From the human T2T-CHM13v2.0 reference genome, Homo sapiens, in the NCBI RefSeq assembly GCF_009914755.1, contig NC_060930.1: a DNA stretch of 64,000 bases, one strand, 5' to 3'. Shown piece after piece: positions 27,707-41,879 of the stretch. Numbering within the stretch: the first letter of the stretch is position 1; each line of letters starts with the position of its first letter. The translations under genes were made by a program, and so were the position numbers. The notes below the pieces were generated by a model. That model was not told the origin of the DNA and did no database searches. It saw only the letters and a program-made list of their open reading frames with translations.

Positions 27707-29601
27707 AGGGCTGCTTTCTTCTTCTGGGAAGAAGCATGGTTATCTGTGACAAGCATTACTAAAAACACAGAGACCATTATATTCCAGTTTCTTGGAGGGA
27801 CGGGGAGCCACTTCAGGTGGGGCCAGCTGTCATGATACCATCCAGATAATCCCGCCGCAGGAGAGAGCATTATTGATGTAATATTAGATGCCCACCAAAG
27901 CCAAGCATATCATTTCTGTGCTCTGGAGATGTTTTACTGGTTTTGGCAACAACATGTCAGAAGTTACTATGCATGTAGGTTTTTCTCTATAGCTGAAAAT
28001 ATCTTTTAAAAAGATATGCACTTATTTATAGTTACAGATTGTGTTAAAGAATTTATTTACTTGGCCCAATAAAGATAATAAGATTGAACTGGCAGCAATG
28101 AAACGGCAAGCTTCTGAATTTCTTCACAGCAGCTCTAGACAAAACCCATTAATACAGCATGTACTGCATCTGCGAGTCAAGTTGCAAGCCAAGGGATGTG
28201 CAGATTTATCTGCTGGGAAATAGTTTTGGACTTTCCAGCAGCTGTTTGTGGTGGCTGCATCATGCTGACATTGTGGCTGATGTACTGGAGGCGTTTAGCA
28301 GCTTCAATGTCAGCTTGAATTAACAGATCAAGTTAAAGTCTATATTTTAGGAAAAATGGTAGAAAAAAATATAGACCATGCATTCAGTGGTGAAAAACAA
28401 TACCTAACAACTGACATATATTCTTTCCTGGTAACTTTTAGAGGGTAGATGAAGCAAAAATAATTATTTAATTACATGCATGTAACACACACACATATAT
28501 TATTTAATCATCTAATTATATTATCTAATTATGTATACTATTTAATTATATAATCATAAACATATATGCAATTATGTGGGTATATATATATAAAAAACAT
28601 ACTCACAAACTAAATATGTATGTATACATGCATGCATGTTTCTATATAGTTAAAAGCTGGCATTCCCTTTCATATAATTAGTATAAATTTTATGTACCAA
28701 GGGTCACCTTGTTGAGGCATTACAGAAAAAATTCTAGAGATCAGAAACCCTCTATCTCCTGTCTCTGTGCACTCAGGAAATGCTTGCTGAATGCTTCTTA
28801 TGCTCCAGGCCCTCCATGGGTGGAGAGATGCACATGACCTGTTCCCAACATTCACTTGCTAGCTATGTTGTCATGAGTGCCTGACATGTAGGAGGCACTC
28901 AGTCAACTTTTGTTGAGTGTATGAATGAAACACCAGTTAAGGGGGGAGATAAGCTTGTCAGATCAGAGAGGGTGTAGATGAAGAAAGGGAGATGTACACC
29001 TTTTAGTATAATCATGGTGATTGAGAGCCAGCAGCCCTCCAACCACCAATCTTCTTTCTGTGACTGAGCCAGCATAGTGGACAAGAAGAAGCATAGCACT
29101 GGTGTCGAAGGTAGAGCCAGAACCCAAGGGTTCAAACCTGAACTCATTCATCATAAGACACTTACCAGAATGGTATGCCATAGAAGTCAGCTTTCTAAGA
29201 AGGCTGTTTCCACTGAATCTAGTAAAATAAATAGTAATTATAAGAAGAATGGCTAACTTAGTCTTTGCCATGAACTATGAGGATGAATCAAACTCTCAAA
29301 ACAAACCATTGAGGAAGATAGTATTATCATACTTATTTTATACCTGAGAAAATTCAGGCTTATCAAGATTAAATTGCCTTGGAAGTGGTGAAGCTGTAAC
29401 TTATACCCTAGAAAATTGTTCCTTTAGTATTTAGAAATATTTAAATCTTATGTAACAATATTGGTTTAGAGCTTACATGTTAGAAATGGTTATTTACAAT
29501 TACTGATTTTTCATTGTTTGAAACATAATTTTTATTGTAAAAATTGCATGTGTTATAAGTATCATTTTTATTACTATACACATCATATTCCTCTTCTACA
29601 G

Positions 29602-29646
29602 GGAGAGCAAGGTTTTGAAGGCAGCAAAGGAGAAACTGGTGAAAAG
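29602..29646 (+). CDS. COL19A1: Collagen XIX exon, 45 bp (about exon 11). It is followed by a long intron running past the window end.
   Basis: ctcttctacag|GGA...AAG|gtaaat; GEQGFEGSKGETGEK, also visible inside ORF 29518..29706. Confidence 0.97.
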
Positions 29647-30044
29647 GTAAATATCTCTTTTTACATTCACATCTGTAAAAAGAAATTGTTCTTGAAAATG
29701 TTTTGAAATAAAATATTTAACTTGTTTTGTGCATTCCCTATAAGCAATTCAATAATTTTATAGACATAACTAAAACATTTGCTTCCATTGAGGTAGAATA
29801 AATATATTAATGATTGCCAGAAATCTTTCAAAACTTATTTGGATGGTATTAATAGTTAGATATTTCTAGTTAAATTTGTTTCATTGACATGGAAATGATT
29901 TAAACATTTATAAAGCATTATATTTTTATATTATGAAATCATTCACTCACTAAGTATCCAATTATTTAAATAAATGTTTGTTTTTATGTACAACTGGTTT
30001 ATCAGTGGAATTTTTTTCCTGAAGGAGTAAATAAGAACAACTAA

Positions 30045-30500
30045 CTGTAAAAGTCAGGATCCCACAGAAAAGACTTGGCATACTAAAACTCGAATAATTT
30101 CAAAGAGTTTAATAAAGGCATGGTTTAAAAAGTACGGACAAGGTATAAGAAAACCATAGGGATTGTGCAGTATCCCAGGTCAGGTTACAGCAGACCTCTT
30201 AAACCCCACATAATTACCAGACCCAGAGACAGAGAAAAGTGTGTGGCCAAGGCTGGAGACAGGAGCTGAGGGTAGCAGTCAGCCCAAGATAAGCACATAA
30301 AGGGGAAATCAGGGCAATAAACACCTCCATCCCACTATCCTCTAGCCCTCAGCTCTCCTACTAGCCCGCACCAGCCAAACCAAGTTGAGAGCCAGTGAGA
30401 ATGGAGGAAACCTATAAGGCTCAGCCTCCCAAAGTCCAGAGCAGGTGTATAAGGGTGGACAGTGGATCATGAGAGACCAATGGCAGATGCCAGCCCACTA
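30045..30500. mobile_element. Old ERVL/MaLR-class solo LTR (LTR33-like)
   Basis: Starts tgtaaaagtcaggatcccacag and ends agagcaggtgtataagggtggacagtggatc...gatgccagcccac, resembling the recalled consensus. Confidence 0.5.
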
Positions 30501-31613
30501 ATCTAAGTGCTGTCATTTAAAGTCACCTTCTTACAAAACTAAATTCTGGGTGCTTAATTTTACATGTTAATAGAGTGTTTTATTATAATAAATAACTACT
30601 GAAAGTCATTTGATAGTGAAAATACTTAAGCAATCATTGTTTTACAAATTTACAACTTTCTATTGAAAGTACAGAGAATAGAATGCTTGGTCATCCAAAA
30701 TTTTCCTTCAGATAATCATTTGAATCCTTTTTCATTTCAAAATTCTTGTTTTGTTTTTAAATAAAACAAAAACAGTACCATTCTTTTGTTTAATAACTCT
30801 TGTGTACATCAAATGTATGTATGGAATTGGATGGCCAGGAGAGCTAGAAAGGAGAATAATCTCAAATTGGACAGTCTTGCCTGTATTTTGCTTTCTTGCC
30901 AGTGATCAGTTGTTTGCTTTTTCAATAAGTATTTATAGAGAGAATGAGCATCTATTATAATTATAAGACAAAGTACACATGTTACAAACTACATGATAAT
31001 TACTTTTCCTCACAGAACTCAGAAAGAAAAAAGAATGGCCTTATAATAACCATACTTTTGGAGATCATTTCATTAAATGATGACTATTTTTAAGGTGAAT
31101 ATCTTTTCTTAGAAATCCCTTGAACATTTTTGCTTTAGAATAACAGCCATTTGGAAGGCCATGTCTTTAAATAAATGCTTTATTTATACATATTCCTGAT
31201 TTATTAAGTGGGATTTTACCTGTAGGAATAAGTAGTGAATAAGCCTGAACAGATATATTCTCTGTAATTTAAAGTCACCAATACACTAAAGTCTTAGTAG
31301 TTGTTTTGATAGTTTATATACATAGCTGGTATAGCTCAATAATAAATAGATTCTCACAGGTTATAAGGCATTAGAAAACCATTCACCGTATTTGGCTTCA
31401 AGGATTTTCCTTGTGGTTCCACATATCTATTAACTGTTGCATTCAAATAGTCAATTTCACCACAAGGTAGAAATATGTTTGTAGAATGATTTAAATATAT
31501 TAGAAAAAAATAAAGCATCAAACAGAAAAGACAATATGTACCTTGAATGAGAATCCCAATTTAGATGATTTATAGTCAGATATAAGATTCATGTAATAAC
31601 CGTTATGTTACTT

Positions 31614-31651
31614 TGATTGGTGCAAAAGTAATTACATTACACCAACCAAGT
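31614..31651. mobile_element. Internally deleted MADE1 (mariner MITE) remnant
   Basis: ttggtgcaaaagtaatt...caccaa; matches Hsmar1/MADE1 terminal inverted repeat. Confidence 0.65.
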
Positions 31652-32912
31652 AAAAATGATGTTCTGCTTTATTATTTACTGTATATTAAATTTTTGAGTT
31701 TTTTCAATGTTAGCATGCTACATATTCTGACCCAGAACCACATGTATTTTTTCATGAGATAAATAATTGAGGTCTTGTAGTTCACTTTATTTCTAGATTA
31801 AACAAGAAAAGTCTATGAAACATTCACATTGGTGTGACAACAGCATGGATTACTCACAACATAATTTATTTTCTGAACAAAGTCAATCTACCTTGGACTT
31901 TAATTTTTTGTGGAAAACTGAGTATATAATCATTTTTTAAAAACCCACTTTCTTCTTTAATTACCCTACTGTGGCCTTTACTGTGTTTAATTTGACTGTT
32001 TGAGTGACAAGTCACCAGTTGCAAAATACAATTCAGGACATTGTTATTGGTCAGAGATGTCATATCTTCCAGAAACACATAGTTACGGTCAAAATATAAA
32101 AATTACATCAACTGCAAAAGGTAAAATACTACCTGATATTTTCAGGTGACATTTCTATAATGCAGTGGAAACCAACTGGAGTAATCTGCTTCTTCCCATT
32201 ATGGCTAAAAAAAACTAGCTTTCAGGCCAACCGAACTCACTAGACTGACAAAGTAGCTCCTCAAAGAGTTGAACACTCTCTCCTTAGTCCTGAGAAAAAC
32301 CTGTGGCACTAGAACAAGTATAAAGGACCTCATTTAAAGTATATTTCTGAATCTATAGAAACTTGTAACAACAGGGCAGAGCCTCATACATTCCTGAACA
32401 AACACAATTCAGCCAAATTAGTCCTGAAGTGAAAGTTATTTTAAGGGGTAGTAAGTTCTCTCAGAAAGGTTGTTGGTGCTGACATGACTCTCTCAGATGA
32501 CAGCTATTTGCAGGTTTACCATGCTGTGGTTTATCATGTAGACCTATAGGAATGACCCCATCCCACTTCACCATCCCTAGCTGGCAAAGTTAGGTGTGTA
32601 TCACCCAAGGATCCTTGGGCTCTCCAACAGCATAGCTCATGAGGCAGGAGGGATGAAGGACCCTCTCCACAGCTGAGAGTTGTATTTTGGCTTCTCTCTC
32701 TATATAGGAGTAGTCTTCTGGGGATTTTCCTTAGATTCCTTCAGTACTATTATTATAGTGCAGGCTGCTACTACAAACAAAATACGGAGTTCAATCCTCA
32801 GATAACAGTTATCCCCATACTATCTGTCAGCCTTCCCAGCAATGATTTCATCAAACTCTTGTTATGTAACCAAATGTAAATGCATGAACTAAGCTCTTAC
32901 ATTACATTAGAA

Positions 32913-33571
32913 GCCGTCCGGGAGGTGGGGGGCAGCCCCCGCCCGGCCAGCTGCCCCGTGCGGGAGGTGGGGGGCACCTCTGCCCGGCCGCCCCGTCTGG
33001 GAAGTGAGGAGCCCCTCTGCCCGGCCGCCACCCCGTCTGGGAGGTGTACCCAACAGCTCATTGAGAACGGGCCATGATGACGATGGCGGTTTTGTGAAAT
33101 AGAAAAGGGGGAAATGTGGGGAAAAGAAAGAGAGATCAGATTGTTGCTGTGTCTGTGTAGAAAGAAGTAGACATAGGAGACTCCATTTTGTTCTGTACTA
33201 AGAAAAATTCTTCTGCCTTGGGATGCTGTTAATTATAACCTTACCCCCAACCCCGTGCTCTCTGAAACATGTGCTGTGTCCACTAAGGGTTAAATGGATT
33301 AAGGGCGGTGCAAGATGTGCTTTGTTAAACAGATGCTTGAAGGCAGCATGCTCGTTAAGAGTCATCACCACTCCCTAATCTCAAGTACCCAGGGACACAA
33401 ACACTGTGGAAGGCAGCAGGGCCCTCTGCCTAGGAAAACCAGAGACCTTTGTTCACATGTTTATCTGCTGACCTTCCCTCCACTATTGTCCTATGACCCC
33501 GCCAAATCCCCCTCTCTGAGAAACACCCAAGAATGATCAATAAATACTAAAAAAATTAAAAAAAAAAAAAA
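32913..33571 (+). mobile_element. 5'-truncated SVA (end of VNTR, SINE-R, poly-A), sense to the host gene
   Basis: GC-rich VNTR ccgtccgggaggtggggggcagccccc; SINE-R tgtggggaaaagaaagagagatcagattgt...; AATAAA at 33539-33544 and an A tail. Confidence 0.97.
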
Positions 33572-34691
33572 GAAAAAGGCCATTTAGCAAGGATTCATTC
33601 ACGTGCTCTTCACTCCTTAACCCTGAGCTCAAGTTTTTACTTTATGTCCTTGTGAAGGTAGAAATATTACTTGGTTACATTTATGAAAAGAAACAGCAAA
33701 TAGACAATGAAATGTAAACATCTGCCTCATTATACCATTCAATATTTTTAAGTAATTGCTTCAAATCATGTAATTTAGTTTGCTTTTAAAATGATGATTA
33801 TTTTATGTTGTCACTCAAGTTCTAACTTGAAGTTTGAGAACTAATTTTCTCAAAGTTAAACTTAACTGCAGAACCTATTGCTAAATATCATTTGATTGTG
33901 AGAAACATCCAGTGGCAACTGCTACTTATACCTTACTTTTCTTGATTTATTACCTAAAATGTAGTCGACTTGGTTCACTGAATAGTGATGTTTAACTTGG
34001 GCATATATGGTGGCAGATTCTTACCTGGATCTAAGATGCTTCTGCTGGTGTGGAAATTTTCCATTTGGGAAATGAAAGTTTTCTGGTCTCTTGAGGGCCT
34101 CTTAAGTTTGATAAAAAGAAAAAAACAATCAAATGAGCACTTCTTCGTGAATCATAAGACTGAAGGAGAGGTGGAGAGCATCAAACATGTGGCATATTCT
34201 GCAGCTGTGAGAGTCCATGGTTGAGCAAGTTCTTGCTTTCTCTTGTTTAGGCTTCTGGGCATTATCTACTTTGATAATCTTTATTGCTGATCTTTTCTTC
34301 CATTCTGGGTTATACTAATAACAATAAATGCAAACACAAAACTAACAAGTTCATATGGTCCCTGCTTTAACTCATCTCTTAAAACCATTGTTGGAAAACT
34401 AGTTGTAAATTTCCAGTGACTTGTGATTTTTTTTATTGTCTTCTTCTTACCAAAATATAATCTAGGTCCTAAAATGCCATATGAGATATGTATTTAAATT
34501 AGAAAACTGTGTTTAAATATTTATTACTCTGGTTTTATAGTGGTTGCAAATATTTTTTACCAGACAGAATCCACTGGAAAAACATTCCACAGACCCGTAT
34601 TCTTAGTTGATTTATTGAACTCTATATTGTTATAAAATTCCGTACAAAATATAATATTCAAATGAATACAATTATTTAAATGTCTACTATA

Positions 34692-34725
34692 ACGTAGCGT
34701 AAAGTACACGTAGCGTAAAGTACAC
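34692..34725. repeat. Perfect 16-bp tandem duplication ACGTAGCGTAAAGTAC
   Basis: Two exact copies plus AC. Confidence 0.95.
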
Positions 34726-36067
34726 TTTGCTACCCACAAACTATCTGGGGTTATTTATAATAAAGTCATGCATCAAAACATTTGTATTTCTTTTATCACC
34801 AGTCAACATCAGCTAATTTTCAGATGACATAATTCAAATTTTTGTAAGCCAGCCTAAAATAGAATATATTTAGGCTTGGTGCTGATTGTATTAGTATTGA
34901 TTTTATTAGCACTAATTTTATATGCCACCTTTTGCCTTCAGTGGTTACTTTTGAAGATGTGATGGGGGAATGGAAAATGCTTAATAGAAAATGTCTTCAC
35001 TTATCTATTTCATAGGTTAATCATTGATATTGTTTTCTTATCAAATGAATATTAAAAATAGCAGCAGTGAATTCATTCTTGTTATTCTGTTGCTTTTTTG
35101 TTTTCAGCATTAAAAATATATCAGCAATTATGATATGTCTCATATAGTCCTAGGCTCATAAGCTTGTTGGATAATTTATTTGGTAGCATTTTGTTCATTT
35201 ATTTCAGATAGATAGATTTAACTTTTATATTTAACTTGTAACAGCAGAAATTAGATAATCAGACTATTTTTATACTAGTACCACAAATAAATAATGTCAC
35301 CTGCAAGCAACTTTCTAAAATATTGACTTCTAGCATTAAATGTCATGAAATTATAGTAACTCAGAAAATCAATAGTGATCATTTGCTACTAGAAACAACA
35401 GTTATGGCTTTAAATAAATGAGGATTTTTACCCTGAAAAATCTTTTTACTTTTGTCAATTTCTCATTCAGTTGTTATGGTAATTACATGCAGGACATGAG
35501 AATTTGAATGAGTGGTTGTGACTTTGGGCCACTTAAAATTTGGTATTGAGTGAGAAAAAGCCCAAATAAGGATGTTTATATAATATACGTAAACGATTAT
35601 TCAGGACATTCTGGGGCAGCATCTAGATCACTCAACAAGGAATCAACATTCTTAGTTTCTGGAGTACCACTCCTGAAAGAGCCTAGACTTGATGTTTATT
35701 TTGAAAGTGATGGTGACATATCGTAAAATAAATGGATTCACATATTTTTGTGTTCTGTGTTCCAGTCCAGCTCTGTAATGGCAGCTGTGTGAACTTGGAT
35801 ATGTTCCTAGCTTTCTTTATCATAGTTTCCTCTTTTATAAAATAAAGTTAATTACTACCTCACAGAATGACTGCAGGAATTAAATGAGTGCCGGTGAATA
35901 AAAGATGTTCAATAAATGTTAATATCCTCAGCAGCCAATATACAAAAGTAATATAAAATCTTAATATTTTGACAAAAATTTATTTGACAGAATTATTATA
36001 TATCTTTATTTGTGTAATATTAATTCCTAATTTTTCTTGTGAATAAGTAAATAAAAGACAGGAGGCT

Positions 36068-36940
36068 ATAGTAGTTAGCTACTGATATGTGACAAATCAC
36101 CCCAAAACGTAGTGACTTAAAACGTTCATTTATTTAGCTTGTGATTATATGGTTTAGAAATTTACACTAGGCTTAGCTCAGTGATTTTTTTTTGTCTTAG
36201 TTGATCTTATCTACGTTCATTCATACAATTCGCCTGTGTTATCGGCAGGTTGTGCATCCAGGGACTATGCATCTGTGGATTCACCCAACCATGAATCAAA
36301 AATAAATATTGAGAAATAAAAATTAAAAATAACAATACAACAATAACAAATAATACAAATAAAAAACAATATAATCTAACAACTATTTACATAGCATTTA
36401 CATTGTGTTAGGTATTATAAGTAAACTAGAGATTATTTAAAGTATATGGGAGGATATATGCAAATACTACTTCCTTTTTTATAAGGGACTTGAGCATCCA
36501 TGGACTTTGTTATCAGCAGGGATCCTGGAACCAATCCCCAGCAGATTCTGGGGCAAGAGTGTGTATCTCTTCTCAGTTGCCAGGTTGGCTGAGGGTGGCT
36601 GGGCTAGTTTGGCCTCTGCTAGACAACATGTCTCCACTCCAGATGATCTCTCATCTTCCAACAGTTATCCTGGACTTGTCCTCAAGGTGAAGGCAGGGAT
36701 CCAAAAAGAGGAAGCAGAAGCATATAAAGCCTCTTTAGCCTCCTTGCTCAGAACTAGCTTGCCCCCACCTCCATCACCACCATGTTCTACTGGCCAAAGC
36801 CAGTCTCAAACCCAGCCTAGATTCAAGGAGTAGGAAAATAGATTCCACCTCCTGATGAGAGAAGCTGCACGGACACATTGCCTAGGGTGTAAATATATGG
36901 AGAGGTGAAAAAAGGGGCCATTTTATAATAAATCTAACAC
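36068..36940. mobile_element. MLT1-type MaLR LTR, interrupted by MER2
   Basis: ttagctactgatatgtgacaaatcaccccaaaacgtagtgacttaaaac...cccagcctagattcaaggagtaggaaaatagattccacctcctgatgagagaagctgc. Confidence 0.75.
36224..36566. mobile_element. MER2 (TcMar-Tigger) nested in MLT1
   Basis: acaactatttacatagcatttacattgtgttaggtattataagtaa...gggacttgagcatccatggac...tcctggaaccaatcccc. Confidence 0.85.
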
Positions 36941-38524
36941 AAATGATATAAAATTTTATTTTAAATTAACAGTAGAGTAGAAAGATTAAACAGATTTATC
37001 AACTTTACTTCATTTTTTTCCTTCTCCCATGGCCTAAAATATAATTCTTAAAGTTAGGTTTATATAGTGGGACTTGCAGACTGTGTCAAAACATATTTTG
37101 AATTTGAAATGGTAGAAATACTTTATATGTAATAGGAAAATATTATTTTAAAAATCTTAATTAGAATGGGAAAAAAGAAACACAATATATCAAATAATTA
37201 AACCAAGGAATGGTTTTGTACTTTTACATAGCAAAATGTACTTATTAACTTTATCTAAACTAAAACTGATACAAGAATAAATGGAAAAAACAAGTCAAAG
37301 TTGAAATTTTTTTTTAGGATTTCATGATTAAAGCTTCTTGGTGATTATGCCTATTATTTAAAACTAATGCAAGTATGTTAAATACTGCTATTATAAATAT
37401 AGCACTTTCCCTTCATCACTCTAAAGCAACTGTCTACATGTTACCTTACTTCCCGTGAATTCTGTCTTGGTTCACCTTGCAGAGTTCTACTGAACATCAG
37501 CGTGTTATACAATTGTTTCCTTTACCCTAGTAACATGTAAACTAAACTTCTACAATTTTTAGGAAGGACTTACTTGTTTGATTTGACAGCTGACTTAAAA
37601 AATAAAGAGAACAGATGGAGCAAAATAATAACTATGATTTTAAAAATCATAGCAATTTATCTGTGGCCAATGATAATTGGTATGGGAGTAACCATGCCAA
37701 CTTTCAATTATCCATGGTAGCAGGCAATTGGGAAAGAGTGATGGTAATCCCACAGCCAAGCCAGAGGCTTAATGCTAGTCATTACAGATTGTGTATTATT
37801 TTCCTAATTCCTTACAGTGCTCGTGAATAACTCTAATTTATGTGAAATATGTTTAACCCTCTGTTGTTGCATCACTTGCTAGTAGTTATAGAAAAAGTAA
37901 AATGTCCAGAGAGAGAGAGAAAGAGAGAGAAATAAGAGGAGAATAACTATAAAGGGCTATAATATTTTATGAACATTAGTCTTTTAAAGTATTATTTTAA
38001 TGATTGCATAATATTTCACTATATAAATACGTAATATTTTATGTGAGCATTCCCTTGTTGTTAGAAATTTAAGAACATCTGTTAAATGTGTTTTCTTATT
38101 TGTGTCACTGGTGACTTTAGCAAAATAATTTTGATGGAATAGAGAGTAGAAGCCAGGTTGGAGTTTCCTGAAGAGTTAAATTACAGGTGACCGATAAAGA
38201 GGCCATGCAGAAAAACCCTCACGAGAACTAGCTGTGAAGAGGACAACAGCCATAGGACAGTAGCTGGAGAGGGTGTGAGTCATTTAAGAAGACTTTATTC
38301 CAAAATCCAAAGCCATCATAAGGTCCTTGGCAGGAAATATTCTTGAACAAGTTAGGACCCAAAAGAAAAACACGGACTAGTTCACTAATACAGAGAATTC
38401 CAAACGTTTTATACTTCCTAAGAAATGTCAGACTTTAGGCCATCATTTTTAAGGAATTCCCACTAAAATCAAGACTAAGACAAAGGTGTAACTGCTATTA
38501 TTTAACAATATTCTGGAATTTCTG

Positions 38525-39250
38525 ACCAATGTCAATTTTACTTCCAAATTATAGTTTAAATCTGTCTATTTCTCTCCATCTACCCCAGTGTCACCAAACC
38601 GTAATCATTAGTCACCTCCTAGTTAATCTCCCTGTTCTCACTCTTTCTCATTCATTTTCCAAATTATGGTCAGATGCATCTTTACAAAACTATTCATGTG
38701 GCTTCTATTTTAAAAACATTTTAGTTGTTTCCCATTAGGTTAAAATCCTGAATCCCACAAGGTCCTGCAAAGTTGGACGTAGATGTGCTTCTCAGAACTC
38801 ATCTCTTCCCACATTCCCCTTTTCTGCTTCTATTCCAGCCACACTGACCTTCTTTCAGTTACTTGAATGTGCCAGGCGCTCTCCTGACTCACAGTTGTCC
38901 ATCAGTGTCCCCACTGCTTTGAATATTTTCCCCTTCATTTAGCTTCCCTCTATCCACTTAGCACATCTTAAAAGTCATTTTCTTGGAGGCTTCCTTGACT
39001 CTCCAATCAAAATCTGCTCCTTCTGTTATAATTTCTCATTGTACCTTTAGCACTATACTGCACCTGTATAGCATTTACCACAATTTATAATTATAAATAT
39101 ACTGGCATGAGGATTTTGTTTGTCTGTTTTTCTTTCTCCAATAGAGTAGAAGCTTCAAGAAAACAACGACCATGTCTGTCTGTGTACGTTTTTATCTCTA
39201 ACACCTAGTTGAATGCCTAGCACACAAAAGTATTCAATTAATTCATTCTT
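38525..39250. mobile_element. L2 remnant
   Basis: ccagccacactgaccttctttcagttacttgaatgtgccagg...tgcctagcacacaaaagtattcaattaatt. Confidence 0.7.
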
Positions 39251-41543
39251 TACTGTGGGGAAGTATTATAGAGAAAGTTAAGTAGTGTTTCTTTTCAGCC
39301 TCCAGAAGTATTTAATAATTATTATCTTGATGCATTCAATTCAGTATCAACCCTATTTTTTTCAGACTCCTACTATTGAATTTGTGAGATATAGCTAGGG
39401 ATAAAAATTAATTTTACATGTATGGCCCTTAGAATTGTGTTTAAAAAGACAATATATAAAACATTAATATATTTAATAGTATGCTAAAATTTACACAGGA
39501 AATATTGTTTAACCTAGTATATTTCCAATTTTTATTATTTGTGAATCACATTGCCTTTTGGCAGGCACTATTTAGCTCATAATTCTATAAAATAAAATAC
39601 AGTTCTTTTAATACCAGATATTGCAATGTCTTTTGAATTTAGTAGTAATGTTAAAGGTTGTCTACTGGCTCCTGTATCATAATTTTACTTTCCAATTACA
39701 GTGGAATTTTGGGCTGTTGACTGTAGTGAACCTAGGTTAGTTTTGTTAAGGAAATTTATTCACTCAATATTTTATGTAATTTAAGTACAAATAAATATGA
39801 AAGTTTGGGGTCACATAAGAAAGAATAAATAGAAAAACCATGATCCTCATTTATGTAATGATTAAGGCAACTTGACTTTTAGTAGTTTCTCCTTAGTCAG
39901 TGCTGGGTATAAAAGGGTGGTTTTACAATGTGCCTACATTTTGCTTTTATTTTGACCTTTACTCCATTTATCCTATTTCTTCACTCCAGGCTCTGGAGCT
40001 GCCTCAGGTTTCTACTCTTAGCTTTTGGTCTTCCCTTTCTCCTTTCTCAGGATCTGCCTGTGCCATAGACTCCACTTCCTCTGCTCTCTGCTGGGCTCCT
40101 TGTCCTCAGCTGCTCATTAATCTCTTCACCCCCACTGCTTTCTTTTTCATTTGTTTGACTTACCTCCCATCAAGCCTGATTTCCACTTCAGGTTACTTTC
40201 TTTCATTTTTTCGCATATTTTTGTATTCAAAAACAAGGAATAGATCTCTTAGGCAGTCCCTCACCACGACTGACCCTGAGCATTTCTGAATGCAGCTGAG
40301 TTTAAATTGAGTAAAGGCAACTCTCACATTTGTTATGAGGTTTATACACACAGGGTTTTTAATGTATAAAAAAAAGATGTGTTTTTTTAAATTAAGAAAA
40401 ACAATAGATTTAAAAATCAAGCAATTTCTTCTGCTTAATACAATCATCAAATATCCATAATTTCTAACTGTTTTTAGTAAATCTCAATTAATAAATATGC
40501 TTTATTAACAAAAATCTCTTTTTTGGAAGTACATTCCAGATGGTAAAAAGATAATTAATTCGATGTCACCAAATATTACATGACAGGTGTGTTATTTTTA
40601 TTCAGGAGCTACCGGCATGTGAACTTCTTTCACAATCAATGTAAAAGCAATTCACTGTATAGGAATTGCTGAACAAGTGTGTCCTACCAGACCGAAATAG
40701 CAGAATTCCACTGCACAGAAAACAGAGGTGTTAGTGCAGCTGCTGTTCCAAGTGGATGTTGTACAGTGACTAGCTGTTTTGTAAGTTATTGTCTAGGCTT
40801 ATGGTGGTCTATTGCTTCTTAGTCTAATATCTTAAAAAAAATCATTGGTTTTTATTTTCCTTGATATCCTTGATATTTCCTTACAATCTCCTTTAAGAAC
40901 CTCCCCATCAATGATCTGTTCTAATATCAGTAAAGGATCAATGAAACAAGACAGAAATCAAATAATCAATTTGCTTTGTCTTTTTTCACTTTTCCTTATT
41001 GTTCCTCATTTTCTGCTGCTAATCATTTTGTGTAATCAAAACTCAAGGCAAAATGGTAAAGCGATAATGCTTTGGGCAAACATTTTGTGGAATGTTATTT
41101 TAATTGCCTGCACTTGTCCAGCCCTGGGGAGGAGTGTGGCAATGCAGATGGCTTCAGCTGGCTGTATTCCAGGAACTCACTGATAGTGATTCTGCCTCCC
41201 ACTTAAGGTTTACTTATGTGTACAAATGAATCATGCAGTTCATGTCTTGGTAAGAACTACAAGGCTGGAGCACATGATAGCACCCAGTAATCACAGAGCG
41301 AATCAAGGATTCTTCCTTAAGTTAGTGGAAAGTTAGGAAGTTATCTAAATTGACTTTATTCCTTTATCCGGATTTTGACAGGTGGCCCACCATTATCATT
41401 AATGTTTATAACAGACAATTCTAAGTTCTTTATTTTAAGCCAAAATTTGTTCCGTATTATTTTGACCAATCTAATTTATCCCAGTTCTAATCTTTCAGAC
41501 CAGTGTTTTCTCTGATTATATGTTCTTGCAAATGAATGACTGA

Positions 41544-41879
<336 letters not shown>

